Shown: positions 18,506 through 28,492 of the stretch, one piece after another
Layout: the number at the start of each line of letters is the position of its first letter
How positions within the stretch are numbered: position 1 is the stretch's first letter
Origin: Rubripirellula sp.
GTDB taxonomy: Bacteria > Planctomycetota > Planctomycetia > Pirellulales > Pirellulaceae
DNA length: 64,000 nucleotides
Direction: 5' to 3'
Assembly: GCA_965216875.1 (NCBI GenBank)
Contig: OZ244207.1
Location: 3,456,001 to 3,520,000 of the forward strand
Made by a program: the position numbers and the translations under genes
Notes under the pieces: generated by a model
The model's input: the letters and a program-made list of their open reading frames with translations, nothing else
What the model was told of the DNA's origin: nothing
Database searches by the model: none

Positions 18506-20500
18506 CTATTCGCCGCGTTCGTCGGCGTAGGAGTGGATGCGGTACATCTCCTGGTCCGCGATTTCATCGGTGACCTCAAGGGAACCATCCGACTTCATCA
18601 ATAACCAACTTCCTGGTTCCGTCAATTCATCAACGATCGACAGTTTTTCACCGCCACCAAGGCCGACCACCGTCACGTCGCTTACAAGTTCTGCGTTTGG
18701 CAGTGCTTTGACCTGACGGCTCAATTGATCGACGACCGAAGCAACTTCTTCTTTTCCAGCGAGCACAGAACCTTCGCTGACTTCCAGTCGCATCGGCACA
18801 CGTGTCCCGAACTCGTCACTGTATTGGCTGGTCACAATCCGTGCCTTGGCTGGCGACCGTGGAATCGTGACTTCACGATTGTTGATCGTCCAACTGTTGG
18901 TGGATGCTGGCATCACAGGACCCGCAAAGTGCTCTTCCAACGGAGCGAGCGAAACGGGGTTGGACGGTTCACTCCATTCGCTCCATCGTTCGTAAGTTCG
19001 CTTTCCACTTGCCTCCGCCTCAGCCATTTTGTCCAGCACGCGTGTCGCGGACTCGACGTTTAATGAACTGACCTTTGGTTGCATCCTTGGGTTAGCGGGG
19101 AAGTTCGGGTCGTTGACCGAATAGCGAACTCGGTAGACGTATTGTTTGCCAGGCTGTGGAGGATTCTTGAAGCCGCGGAAGTCATAAAAACGCAGCAACT
19201 TGTGCTGGACAGGATTACGTTCGATACCGGCAGAACGGAATCCGAGAGACCCCATTCCCATTTCCATTCCGGCGTACATGTCATCGTAGCCACCTTCCAT
19301 GCCGAACATTCCGCCACCCGCGGAGCGGTCGCCAGGTGCACGAAGCTCGGTGTTGTCCTCCTCGAAAATCGTTGTGGCATCAAAGTCCGGTGCGACGTCA
19401 TCCTCGGCAGTACTTTCTGCAAGCAGAACTGCTTGCGATTCCAGTGGGATGTCGGGATGGAGTGCGAACTTGCGGTAGTCGTCCAGCAGGACTGGCGGAA
19501 TCCAAGTGGTCAAGTGCGGATCACGGTAGTCGTCCGGGACGACTTCCGGAGCAAACGTAGCCCACTTCTTGTCGGCCAACAGGGTGTACATTTTCCGATT
19601 CCAAACGTCGATCCAATCCTCTTCCTTGAGTTCATCGACCGACTTGTCGGTCACGTCGGCTCGTTGGACTTCAAAGTTGTAGTAGAAGGGTGTGTCGCGC
19701 GTCGGGCTGAAGTTATCCGACTCATGCAGCGCTTTTTCGAAGTTGTCATAGTTTTCACGGTGGGGCAGCAGTGCCGTTCCCGCGATGAACCATTGTGTTT
19801 CAGGACGAGGGTGTTTTTGATCCATGGAAACGCTGACCGTGCCAACCCCAAAGTCATAGGTCGGATCGAAGGAACGAAGACCGCCAGCCATGCTGGGACC
19901 AGCCATCTCCATCTCTTGCATGGCCATTTCCTCCATCATCATCATTTCCTCTTCCATCATCATCATCATCATGCCTTCCTCGCCACCGCCACCACGACGC
20001 CCTCGACTTCGCGACTTGGGCTCCTTCTTGACAGGCTTCTCGATCTTCTCCGGTGGCTCAGCTGCTTCCAATTGAGCCAAGCGATAGTCTGGATCGGAAT
20101 ACTTGACGGCGATTGCGGTTCGAACGCCGGTTGCCATCAGCTTCATCGCAGGAACGATCTCAGGATCAGCACGCCGCGCGAGTGACTGTTCTGGCGGCGG
20201 GCTCCATGGCAACAGATCTTCGTAGACGGTAGGAGCAACCGGTTTGTAGATCTCTTGCGTCTTTTCAACGATGCTGAAATCAGGGACGCGTTCAGGAATG
20301 ATCTTCTCGTTGCGATTCTCGTCGACTTCCTCCCTCACGGTCGTCGCGTTTTGGCCCAGTTTTTCCGGGTCATGCGTCGCAAGGTAGTTCGGCAATTGAA
20401 AGCCGCTATACAACATGAATCCGGTTGCCGCAAACACGACAACAAGAATCATCTTTTCGACGTGGAAGATGAAGAAGTCTTTGATCTTATCACCGTCCAT
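18506..20500 (-). CDS. Planctomycete-specific membrane-anchored protein, third gene of the pilM operon
   Basis: 664-aa ORF; N-terminal 'HVEKMIL' TM; Met/Glu-rich tract; Fn3-like 'PGKQYVYRVR...WSEWSEPS'. Confidence 0.75.
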   Translation of the reverse strand: MDGDKIKDFFIFHVEKMILVVVFAATGFMLYSGFQLPNYLATHDPEKLGQNATTVREEVDENRNEKIIPERVPDFSIVEKTQEIYKPVAPTVYEDLLPWSPPPEQSLARRADPEIVPAMKLMATGVRTAIAVKYSDPDYRLAQLEAAEPPEKIEKPVKKEPKSRSRGRRGGGGEEGMMMMMMEEEMMMMEEMAMQEMEMAGPSMAGGLRSFDPTYDFGVGTVSVSMDQKHPRPETQWFIAGTALLPHRENYDNFEKALHESDNFSPTRDTPFYYNFEVQRADVTDKSVDELKEEDWIDVWNRKMYTLLADKKWATFAPEVVPDDYRDPHLTTWIPPVLLDDYRKFALHPDIPLESQAVLLAESTAEDDVAPDFDATTIFEEDNTELRAPGDRSAGGGMFGMEGGYDDMYAGMEMGMGSLGFRSAGIERNPVQHKLLRFYDFRGFKNPPQPGKQYVYRVRYSVNDPNFPANPRMQPKVSSLNVESATRVLDKMAEAEASGKRTYERWSEWSEPSNPVSLAPLEEHFAGPVMPASTNSWTINNREVTIPRSPAKARIVTSQYSDEFGTRVPMRLEVSEGSVLAGKEEVASVVDQLSRQVKALPNAELVSDVTVVGLGGGEKLSIVDELTEPGSWLLMKSDGSLEVTDEIADQEMYRIHSYADERGE

Positions 20501-20609
20501 AGGTCCCTCGTTTACTTCGACAATAGAAAAGTTGGTTGTTGGTTAATCTCGCAAACGCTCGATCTGCGAAATGAATTCAATGCCAGACTGAACTGAATCA
20601 GACTCGGCT

Positions 20610-22409
20610 CTAGGGTGCAATCACGACAGCCGGTGGCGGTGCAACCGTGCCCGCTTCGGCAACGGGCGGCTGACCGCCATTGTCTCCAGGCTGAGTGTTG
20701 TCGCCGCCCGGTTGAGCGGGGGCTGGCTGATTCGGATCGGGTTGATTCGGATCGGGCGTTGGCTGGGTTGGGTCTGCAGCCGGCGCGGGATTCGTTTGAT
20801 TTGGATCTGGCACAGCGGGATCGTCACCGGCGGGCGTCGGAAGCACATCGGTGTCGGTGGTGGTAGCCGGAGCTGGCGCTGCCACAGTGGCTCCGCCCGC
20901 ACTGCCGTCGATTTGTGTGTTCTGGTCGACCTTGTCCAAGCCCAACTTCTCGTCACTCGGTGGGTTATAGATGTAGATCAAACCGTAAACCTCGACCGTC
21001 ATGTCGTAGGGGTCTTCTTCGGCGGGCGTCTTGTTGGCATTCATCATGTTCATGCCCATGCCCATTCCCATTTCTCCGCCCATCATTTCCATTTCCCCCC
21101 CCATCATGCCCATTTCACCGCCCATCATCTCCATGCCCATGCCCATCATTTCACCACCAAGGGTTGAGGAGCCGGCTTTGGGGAGAACACGAACTTGACG
21201 AACTTCGACCATCAGCGGGGCACTGCCGCAGGCGGCAAGGAATTGTTGGAGGGCACGTTGGTCGATCTGAACCGACATCATCACGGGCACACGTTTGGCG
21301 ACTGCGATCTCGGCATCGGCAGGAGAATTGCTGGTCAAAGCCGTGCGCAGCGCCGAGGCAGCAACGGGCTGCATCTCAGCATCGACGTAACGATTCTCGC
21401 CGGGATCGGGAGACTGAACCTCAGGCCCACCTGCCCCCATCATCGCCATGGAATCCATCCCGGCCATCATGTCCGAGCCATCCATCATTTCCATGCTGTA
21501 CATGCCGCCGCCAGCGGTCATGCCTTCGCCAGGCTTTGCGATTTGCCCCGAATCAAATTTGACACTGCTTCCGATTCCGATATTGCGAATCTCGCGAATC
21601 TTGGCTTGGTAGGGCTGCCGCGCGTCTCCGTTGACATCGGCAACAATTTGCAGCAACTGCTTCAGGATCCAAATGTTCTCTTGTGAGTAATAGACTTCGA
21701 GGGTCGACGGTGGATCGGGGCTGGAACGCCAAGGAAACAGGTCATCAAGCACAGCGTTCTGGCTCGTCGTGGACCATTTCACCAACGGCCCGTCTTCCTG
21801 TCCGCGGATATTGATGTCTTTCTGTGGCCCGCCTGGCATTCCGGCCATCATCATCATTTCGCTGCCCATCTCGCCACTCGGACCACCCATCGCGCTGGCC
21901 GAACGCTTGAAGTCAGCCGTCCACTCGGTGTTTGCGATCTTGGCAATTTCAGGCAACGACTCGCCGATGTAGCGTTTGTAGCGGTAGCGAAGCGAAGCTT
22001 CTTTTTCATCCTTTTCGAGCGTCGGGTACTCGACGGACACCTCGATCGGAATGAGGTCTTCAAACTCATCGACAAACTCGTCGGTGAGCTCGGCACGCGA
22101 CCAAGTCAAAATGTTCCGCTGCCGTTCATAAAGTGACGACCAAGCTTCCATCAACTCGTCGCGTCGCGATTCGATCAGCACATTCATCTCTTTATGAGTG
22201 TGCTCATTCGGCTGGGAGTCCATCTCCGAACTGACCGTATCGACCGACATGTGGGCATTGTTGAGCTGGCTAGTCGCCGACGTGTTTTCGTCCGCGAGCT
22301 TGCCGGTGGTCATGTACCAGATCAACACCGATCCAATCAGGACGATGCCACTCGCGATCCAGAACCCATGGACGAGAACCACGGCAAGTTGCTTTTTGAG
22401 TTGATCCAT
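20610..22409 (-). CDS. Membrane-anchored protein downstream of pilM (putative PilO-position component)
   Basis: 599-aa ORF; N-terminal TM plus coiled coil; GM-rich tracts; 'APLMVEVRQVRV' and 'VEVYGLIYIYNPP'; Pro-rich tail. Confidence 0.7.
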   Translation of the reverse strand: MDQLKKQLAVVLVHGFWIASGIVLIGSVLIWYMTTGKLADENTSATSQLNNAHMSVDTVSSEMDSQPNEHTHKEMNVLIESRRDELMEAWSSLYERQRNILTWSRAELTDEFVDEFEDLIPIEVSVEYPTLEKDEKEASLRYRYKRYIGESLPEIAKIANTEWTADFKRSASAMGGPSGEMGSEMMMMAGMPGGPQKDINIRGQEDGPLVKWSTTSQNAVLDDLFPWRSSPDPPSTLEVYYSQENIWILKQLLQIVADVNGDARQPYQAKIREIRNIGIGSSVKFDSGQIAKPGEGMTAGGGMYSMEMMDGSDMMAGMDSMAMMGAGGPEVQSPDPGENRYVDAEMQPVAASALRTALTSNSPADAEIAVAKRVPVMMSVQIDQRALQQFLAACGSAPLMVEVRQVRVLPKAGSSTLGGEMMGMGMEMMGGEMGMMGGEMEMMGGEMGMGMGMNMMNANKTPAEEDPYDMTVEVYGLIYIYNPPSDEKLGLDKVDQNTQIDGSAGGATVAAPAPATTTDTDVLPTPAGDDPAVPDPNQTNPAPAADPTQPTPDPNQPDPNQPAPAQPGGDNTQPGDNGGQPPVAEAGTVAPPPAVVIAP

Positions 22410-22509
22410 TTTGATTCGTTCAGTAACTGGTAACGAATTGATTGGCTATGAACTGGTAACGATCGGGGTGCATTCTCGTCCGAACAAAAAAGACGATTTT
22501 GCAAAAAAA

Positions 22510-24747
22510 CTAAGGTGTCGTTGGCGCGGCTGGATTTGCCGGCGTCGCGGCTCCACCTGCAGCTGTCGGGTCGACTGCCCCACCACCCATTGCCGCAGCC
22601 TGGGCAGCGGCTTCTTCGGCAGCCTTGCGAGCTTCTTCCTTCGCAGCCACACGTTCCGAAATCGGAACGGGCTGCCAAATGACTTGGTAGACAAAATCGA
22701 GTTTTGGAACCTGGATTTTGGGAAGGATCGGCTCGCCGTCTTCGTCTTGAGGTCCAGCAGCTCGATTTGCACCCACCCCGCCAAAGTTGGGACCGCCAAA
22801 TCCACCACCGACGCCGCTCTCGCCCATCATCACGGCCATCTCGGGATCCCACAGCGGGTTGTCGATCGTGGTCATCTCGGCTTCGCGGTCATCCAAAAGC
22901 AACGGGAAACTCAAGCCCATCTCCTCGAAGGTGAACTCCTCCAAAATCGGATTGCCATTTTCGTCGTTTCCGATGGGCAACTTCACTTTGCCATCCATGA
23001 AGTTGGTCGTCATGTATTTTCGGATGTGCTGACTACCCTCCAAGCCTCGATTGTCGGGGCTGTTGTAGTAGTGGTAGCCGCGCAGTTGGATGACCCAACC
23101 TTCACCGGTCGGACCTTCCATCGTGTCGAGATCCTCGGGCACTTCTCGCTTCATCAAGCGTGCCCAGTTGCGATACTCCTCGCGATATCGAGCAGAAACG
23201 GTATCCGACCAGTACTCCGTCAAATCGGTATAGAACTTGGTGTCACACTCGGTGAAATGGAAATCCTTTTGCTCTTCAAGCGGCAGATCTTTTGGCGGCT
23301 TGCCGTCAGGGTATTGTTCGCGATGAATCGCCGAGTTGACGGTTTTGACAATCTCCATCCAAACCAATCGACGTTCGGCGTTGCCCGAAACGGAAAGGCC
23401 CATCGCGTTGAGATACTCGAGCTTCTTTGTCAGGTCAGCGTCCGTACTCTTGTGTTGGCCCGAATAGTCCTCCATCGAGGTGACCTTGGCCTTCGCACTG
23501 TCCCAGCGTGGATCATGCGTGGTCGCCCAACTTCGCTGGGTGAAGGCGTAATGACCAGCCATGCCAATCATCAACGCAGCGAGCCCGGCAAGCGTCCAAG
23601 GCTTTTTGGCGCGGATCATCCGAGCGGTAAGGATTTCCTGTGGCACCAAGCTGGCGTGAACCTGCGAGTGCCCAAGGCCTTGCAGGCACAGTCCATAACA
23701 GACGGCAAAGGTCGGTGCGTTGTCGCGGAACTTTGGAATCGTCAATACATCGTCGCCGCCAAGACGATTGAAGCGATCAAGCACGCGAACTTCAAACCCA
23801 AGGTTCTTTCCAAGGTAGGCGGCCAAACCGGGCATTTTCACCGTATTACCAGTGATCACCAACTCGGAGATCTCGGCCTTCTTGTCAATACTTCGGAAGA
23901 AGCCGATCGAACGCTGGACTTCGGTGACCAAATCATTAAAGACAGGCCGCATCGTTTGGAACACGAGTTTTGGATCAACCGCTTCGCGAGCGTTCCGCTT
24001 GAGGTGCTCGGCCTTGGCAAACGTCAGCTTCAAGTCTTTGGTCAACTGACGAGTGAAGTGGTTACCGCCGATCGGCATACTTCGCTGCCAAATGCGGAAA
24101 CCGTTGGTCACGATCAAATCGCTCGAGTCGGTACCGATCGAAAGGATGACGCTCGATGGCGGTGGGTTGTCGGCATCGAACGTTTCATTCTCGATCCGTT
24201 CGTGCATCCGATCGTACGCGATCATGTTGTAGAGCGCGACCGGTGCCATCTGGACCACATCGACTTCGATGTTGGCATCGTCAAACGGAGTGAGCTGACG
24301 GTAGGCCTGCTCGCGTTTCATCGCGAACAGTCCCACTTCGCTTTCGAGCGCATAACCTTCTTCGATCATGCTGCCAGGCATCATCTGGAAATCCCAAACG
24401 ACATCATCAAGATCGAATGGAATCTGTTGACGAGCTTCGTAGCGAACAATGTCCGCAATCTTTTTGACTTCGACCGGCGGCGGTTTGAAGAACTTGGCTA
24501 GACCGCTTTGACCTGGGACGCTGATACAGATCTTCTCAGTGAACGCGTCGTTGCGTTCAAGCAATTGATCCAGCGCGTCAGCGATCAGCTCTTCGGCAAC
24601 CGCCTCAGGCTGGCTCAAGATCTTCGGGTACTCGATATAGTCAAACGCATCGGCAACGATTTCGCCGTCTTGCATCGAACATCGCAGCGCCTTGAGGGCT
24701 GATTGTCCGATCTCGATTCCCCAAACGCTTTTTGAGCTGCTTGCCAT
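22510..24747 (-). CDS. pilM: Type IV pilus assembly protein PilM with a fused TM/PilN-like C-terminal extension
   Basis: Actin-like 'WGIEIGQSALKA', 'YEARQQIPFDLDDVVWDF', 'IGGNHFT', 'EVQRSIGFF', 'ITGNTVKMPGL'; TM near aa 385 followed by a periplasmic region. Confidence 0.88.
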   Translation of the reverse strand: MASSSKSVWGIEIGQSALKALRCSMQDGEIVADAFDYIEYPKILSQPEAVAEELIADALDQLLERNDAFTEKICISVPGQSGLAKFFKPPPVEVKKIADIVRYEARQQIPFDLDDVVWDFQMMPGSMIEEGYALESEVGLFAMKREQAYRQLTPFDDANIEVDVVQMAPVALYNMIAYDRMHERIENETFDADNPPPSSVILSIGTDSSDLIVTNGFRIWQRSMPIGGNHFTRQLTKDLKLTFAKAEHLKRNAREAVDPKLVFQTMRPVFNDLVTEVQRSIGFFRSIDKKAEISELVITGNTVKMPGLAAYLGKNLGFEVRVLDRFNRLGGDDVLTIPKFRDNAPTFAVCYGLCLQGLGHSQVHASLVPQEILTARMIRAKKPWTLAGLAALMIGMAGHYAFTQRSWATTHDPRWDSAKAKVTSMEDYSGQHKSTDADLTKKLEYLNAMGLSVSGNAERRLVWMEIVKTVNSAIHREQYPDGKPPKDLPLEEQKDFHFTECDTKFYTDLTEYWSDTVSARYREEYRNWARLMKREVPEDLDTMEGPTGEGWVIQLRGYHYYNSPDNRGLEGSQHIRKYMTTNFMDGKVKLPIGNDENGNPILEEFTFEEMGLSFPLLLDDREAEMTTIDNPLWDPEMAVMMGESGVGGGFGGPNFGGVGANRAAGPQDEDGEPILPKIQVPKLDFVYQVIWQPVPISERVAAKEEARKAAEEAAAQAAAMGGGAVDPTAAGGAATPANPAAPTTP

Positions 24748-25381
24748 GAGATTTCGTTGGTACTAGTCGAATACAGTTTAAGGACTGGATGGTGATCGTC
24801 TTCGTGCGGACACACATATCGTGCTTGACCCTCACGATCTGCGACAAAGTGCGTTTTGTCCGCAGCCGGCTCGCCGTTGGCGGGCCAAGCCTGGATCGCG
24901 TGGAGTTTTTCGCCGCTTGGTGTTTTTCGTCGATTGGGTTGGATCTGGGTTGGATCGCTCGCATCGACCGTCTTCAAACGGCCAAATTCATTTCAATCCC
25001 CTTCATTTCCATCCCCGGACGCCGGGCAGCCTACTTCCAGGTACAATTTCCCAGACCACAAGTCCCCAGATTACACGATCGATCTGGATGAACGATGATT
25101 TCTGGGAAGTGTCACGGGAAAAAGGGAAGTCTTGTTCAGCAATCCTGGGTTTGGGGGGATTGAAGCGGGTCACCATGGGACCGACAAATGTCGGCGACGA
25201 TAAAAACGGAAAAGCATTGATAAGTGTGGTTTGGCAACAGTCATGAATCGATGCTGGAACTCGTTTCCACCCCTGAATCCGTCCACCCCGAATCCGACTC
25301 TTGCCAAGGGTTCCCCACGCGCAACCTGCGTAATCACAGTCTATCGATTCCCCCACCATTTAGTCAAACTTTTCCTTGAAT

Positions 25382-28261
25382 ATGTCCCCATTTGACGAGT
25401 GTGGGGTGCTGATTCCAGCAGCCACGCTAGAGGATCTGCCCTCCGATTTATCCGATAATGACGCTCGTAGCCTTTTGGCGGCGTGGACGGTCTTGTGGCA
25501 CCCCCAATTGCTCGCCGACCTTGGCCAGATCCCAACCTGGTACCGAGCCGACTCTCCGCCCGATCCGGTCGGCAAACGGATCGTCACCGTCCCCACCTCG
25601 AGCATTGGCCAGCTCCCCGATCGGTTCCAGCAGAAATGCACCGAATCGAATGACTGTCGCTTCGTCACCGGCGAGTCGCGGTCGGCGATGTTAAAGGCCC
25701 TTGAGTTGGCCGAGTCGCTTCCGGACCTCACCGGCGAGAGCCGCACGATTGGACTGGGTGACTTCTTTGCGGTCGGCTACGCGACGCTGCAAATCCAGAT
25801 GATGACTCGCAAGCTTCGCTACACCAGCAATCTGGACGAAATCCATCTTCAGAATCGCGTGGTCGTGGCCGCCAAATCGTTCCTCGAGGGCGAAGGCCAA
25901 GCGGCGATCGAAGCGATGCACGACGTCTTCGATTGTTTGGCCGAAGAACGCGACCACTACTTTGCGTCGGACCCTCACCTGGTCGACCTGGTGTTGATGA
26001 CCGACACAACACTCGATCGGCTGGTGGATCAAACCCTTGTGGATCTCGACGCGCCCGACGAAAGCGATGACCATCCGGAACCACCGATTGGCGGCGACCA
26101 TTCCCCACCTCCGCTGCCAACCCCCGTCAACGTCCTGCTCGATGGCCCCGTCGTCGAAGCAGTCTCGAAGCTTGCCCAGGACAAACGCGATCTACTCCGC
26201 GGCGCCATCAGCTCGGGAGCAATCGGATGGTGTGGTGGCGGCCCGTCAGGCGACGTTTGCCTGGACAGCCTCACCTTCAACCAAGCCGAAGCGATCCTTC
26301 GAAAGGTGCTTGCCGACTGCGAGCAGGTACTTGGCGCAACGCCCAAAACGCTCGCTCGGTTTTCGGGTGGCTGCCCCGCCGATCTCTCGGGCGCCCTGGT
26401 ACGACTCGGCTACAAGGGCGCCATTCCGCTAGACTTTGCTTCCGGGACTGGCTTTGGCGACGAATCGAAAGTCGTCATCCGCGGCGGCGGCGCCGAGATC
26501 GAATCGCTGACGGCCAAACCGAAAGATGCCGGAAGCGACTCGGCCTTTGTGTGGCTCGGAGCGCGACTTGGCGAGGCAATCGATAGCGGCGAAATCGCGA
26601 CCGCGCTGCTCGCTCATTGGCCAGGCCAATCCAGTGACAGCTTCAATGACCTCCGTCGAGTTGCCTCCTGGAGCTTGGCGTTGGGCAAGTTCTGGAAACT
26701 TGATGACTACTTCGTCGACGGCGAACATCCCTATCACCATGGCAACGCCAAGGCGGCATCCGCTGGCGCCGATGCCGATCTCTCCAATCGGGTCGCTCGA
26801 GGCCAAGAAAACCCGATCGCCTCGGCGGCCGCTCAATTTCGCGATCAAGTCAAAGCGGAATCATCACGAAACTTGCAGGCGATGGCGCGACTGGTTGATC
26901 CCAACACGGACTCTAGCAGCGCTGACCCAGAATCGCTGGGAAAAACGTTTGCCAAAGCAGCGGGCCGGCAGCTCTCACAGCAAGATCCGCCACCTGCCAT
27001 CCTGACGGTCAACCCGAACGATACGGGCTGGCGCCAAAACCTCAAGCTCACCGAACCTGCCGACAAGAACTTGGACTCGATCTACGCCAGTTCGACCGAT
27101 GGTGACCATGCCGATGTGACTGCGGATGTGCCGGCGTTGGGATTCTCGATCGCCCAGGGCGGGGGCGGAGGCGGAGGTTTTTCGATTGGCAGCGTCTTCG
27201 GTCTCGGCAAATCGAAGCCGATCGTCACCGACAGCACGCTGTCAAATGAATTCATGGATATCACGATCTCGGCCGAGACGGGTGCGGTTTCGGGTGTCTA
27301 CAGCGGTGGTTCGCGCGGCAACCGTTTTTCTCTGCGGCTAGCACGACGCAAACAGGGCGAAAAGCCGGAGCACAGCAAAGTCGCGATGAAATGCGACGAG
27401 CTGAAGATCACGCGATCGACCGCGGCGACGGGAACGATCGAGACCTCAGGTACACTCCTCGACGGCGACCTCAAACTCGCACGCTTTGAGATGCGCTATA
27501 CCCTCAACCGTGGCAGCCGCATCCTCTTGGTCAACGGAAACTTGACGCCCATCGCGCCGCTTGGCGACGATCCCTGGTACGAGTACTTGGCCGCTCGCGT
27601 TGCGGTCGCGAATGAATCGTCTGTGATACGGTGTCTGCTTCGCGACAAAATGCATCGCAACAGTTCGCGTCGATTGGTCAGTCCGATGGGGGTCGTGATC
27701 GACGAATCAGAACGACAGACGCTGGTCAGTGGTGATGGACTACCGTATCACGTTCGGGTCGGCGATCGCTTCCTCGACACGCTGCTTGCGGTCAAAGGTG
27801 AATCGGACATCCAATTCTCACTTCAATACGGATTTGACCTGACCAAACCTGTCGCGGCGGCGCGTTCATTGCTTTGCGCCCCGATGAACATCCCGGTCGA
27901 TGCGGGCAAAGACCCCGGAACCATCGGCTGGGTCATGCACACTTCGCCCAAAGAGATCGATGTGATCGCCTTGGAGGTTGGCAAACGCGACGATGGCAAA
28001 CTCGCCGCCATCGTGCGAGTCGTCCAAACGCGTTCCAAATCAGCTTCCGCAACCTTGCGTTTCATTCACAACGTCACTTACGCCGAAGCGATCGACAGCC
28101 AGTACGAAGATGCGAGCGACGGCGACGCGTTTGCGAAACTGTTGCACCGCCCCTTGGCCGATACCAATTCCGGCAAGACGCTCGACACCAAAGGCGACCA
28201 AGTGACCCTGCCCGTCATTGGTCATCAAGTCACCGACGTGCTTGTTGTATTTGATAAGTAA
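25382..28261 (+). CDS. Large planctomycete hypothetical protein, possibly a divergent GH38 (alpha-mannosidase)-like scaffold
   Basis: About 960-aa ORF; C-terminal beta-rich 'LSNEFMDITISAETGAVSGV' and 'AIVRVVQT...ATLRF' resemble GH38 C-terminal domains. Confidence 0.55.
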   Translation: MSPFDECGVLIPAATLEDLPSDLSDNDARSLLAAWTVLWHPQLLADLGQIPTWYRADSPPDPVGKRIVTVPTSSIGQLPDRFQQKCTESNDCRFVTGESRSAMLKALELAESLPDLTGESRTIGLGDFFAVGYATLQIQMMTRKLRYTSNLDEIHLQNRVVVAAKSFLEGEGQAAIEAMHDVFDCLAEERDHYFASDPHLVDLVLMTDTTLDRLVDQTLVDLDAPDESDDHPEPPIGGDHSPPPLPTPVNVLLDGPVVEAVSKLAQDKRDLLRGAISSGAIGWCGGGPSGDVCLDSLTFNQAEAILRKVLADCEQVLGATPKTLARFSGGCPADLSGALVRLGYKGAIPLDFASGTGFGDESKVVIRGGGAEIESLTAKPKDAGSDSAFVWLGARLGEAIDSGEIATALLAHWPGQSSDSFNDLRRVASWSLALGKFWKLDDYFVDGEHPYHHGNAKAASAGADADLSNRVARGQENPIASAAAQFRDQVKAESSRNLQAMARLVDPNTDSSSADPESLGKTFAKAAGRQLSQQDPPPAILTVNPNDTGWRQNLKLTEPADKNLDSIYASSTDGDHADVTADVPALGFSIAQGGGGGGGFSIGSVFGLGKSKPIVTDSTLSNEFMDITISAETGAVSGVYSGGSRGNRFSLRLARRKQGEKPEHSKVAMKCDELKITRSTAATGTIETSGTLLDGDLKLARFEMRYTLNRGSRILLVNGNLTPIAPLGDDPWYEYLAARVAVANESSVIRCLLRDKMHRNSSRRLVSPMGVVIDESERQTLVSGDGLPYHVRVGDRFLDTLLAVKGESDIQFSLQYGFDLTKPVAAARSLLCAPMNIPVDAGKDPGTIGWVMHTSPKEIDVIALEVGKRDDGKLAAIVRVVQTRSKSASATLRFIHNVTYAEAIDSQYEDASDGDAFAKLLHRPLADTNSGKTLDTKGDQVTLPVIGHQVTDVLVVFDK

Positions 28262-28301
28262 AAAGTGGTTATTGTTGCGTGCAGCTACACGCGCCAGTTC
28301 G

Positions 28302-28412
28302 GTGAGCCGAACGCGCTAGCGTCGGGCCTTGCACTCATTGTCGCGCGACAAAGGCCCGAGGCCTGACGGCCAACAACTCACGGGGATTCCGCCCGAACGC
28401 GGTACGACGAAC
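28302..28412. repeat. REP-like family B doublet plus degenerate family E
   Basis: GTGAGCCGAACGCGCTAGCGTCGGGCC...GGCCCGAGGCCTGACGGCCAACAACTCAC...GATTCCGCC, collinear with about 48968-49075. Confidence 0.8.
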
Positions 28413-28492
28413 TGGGCAGCTTCCGAAACACAAATGGCGACTATAATTCGCTCATATCAACCTCCGACGGTCATCGCTCCTCTTCGTCGCCA

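Noticed and set aside
22411..24501. 696-aa plus-strand ORF
   Set aside because: It is the antisense shadow of pilM, has no recognisable motifs, and such shadows are common opposite codon-biased GC-rich genes.
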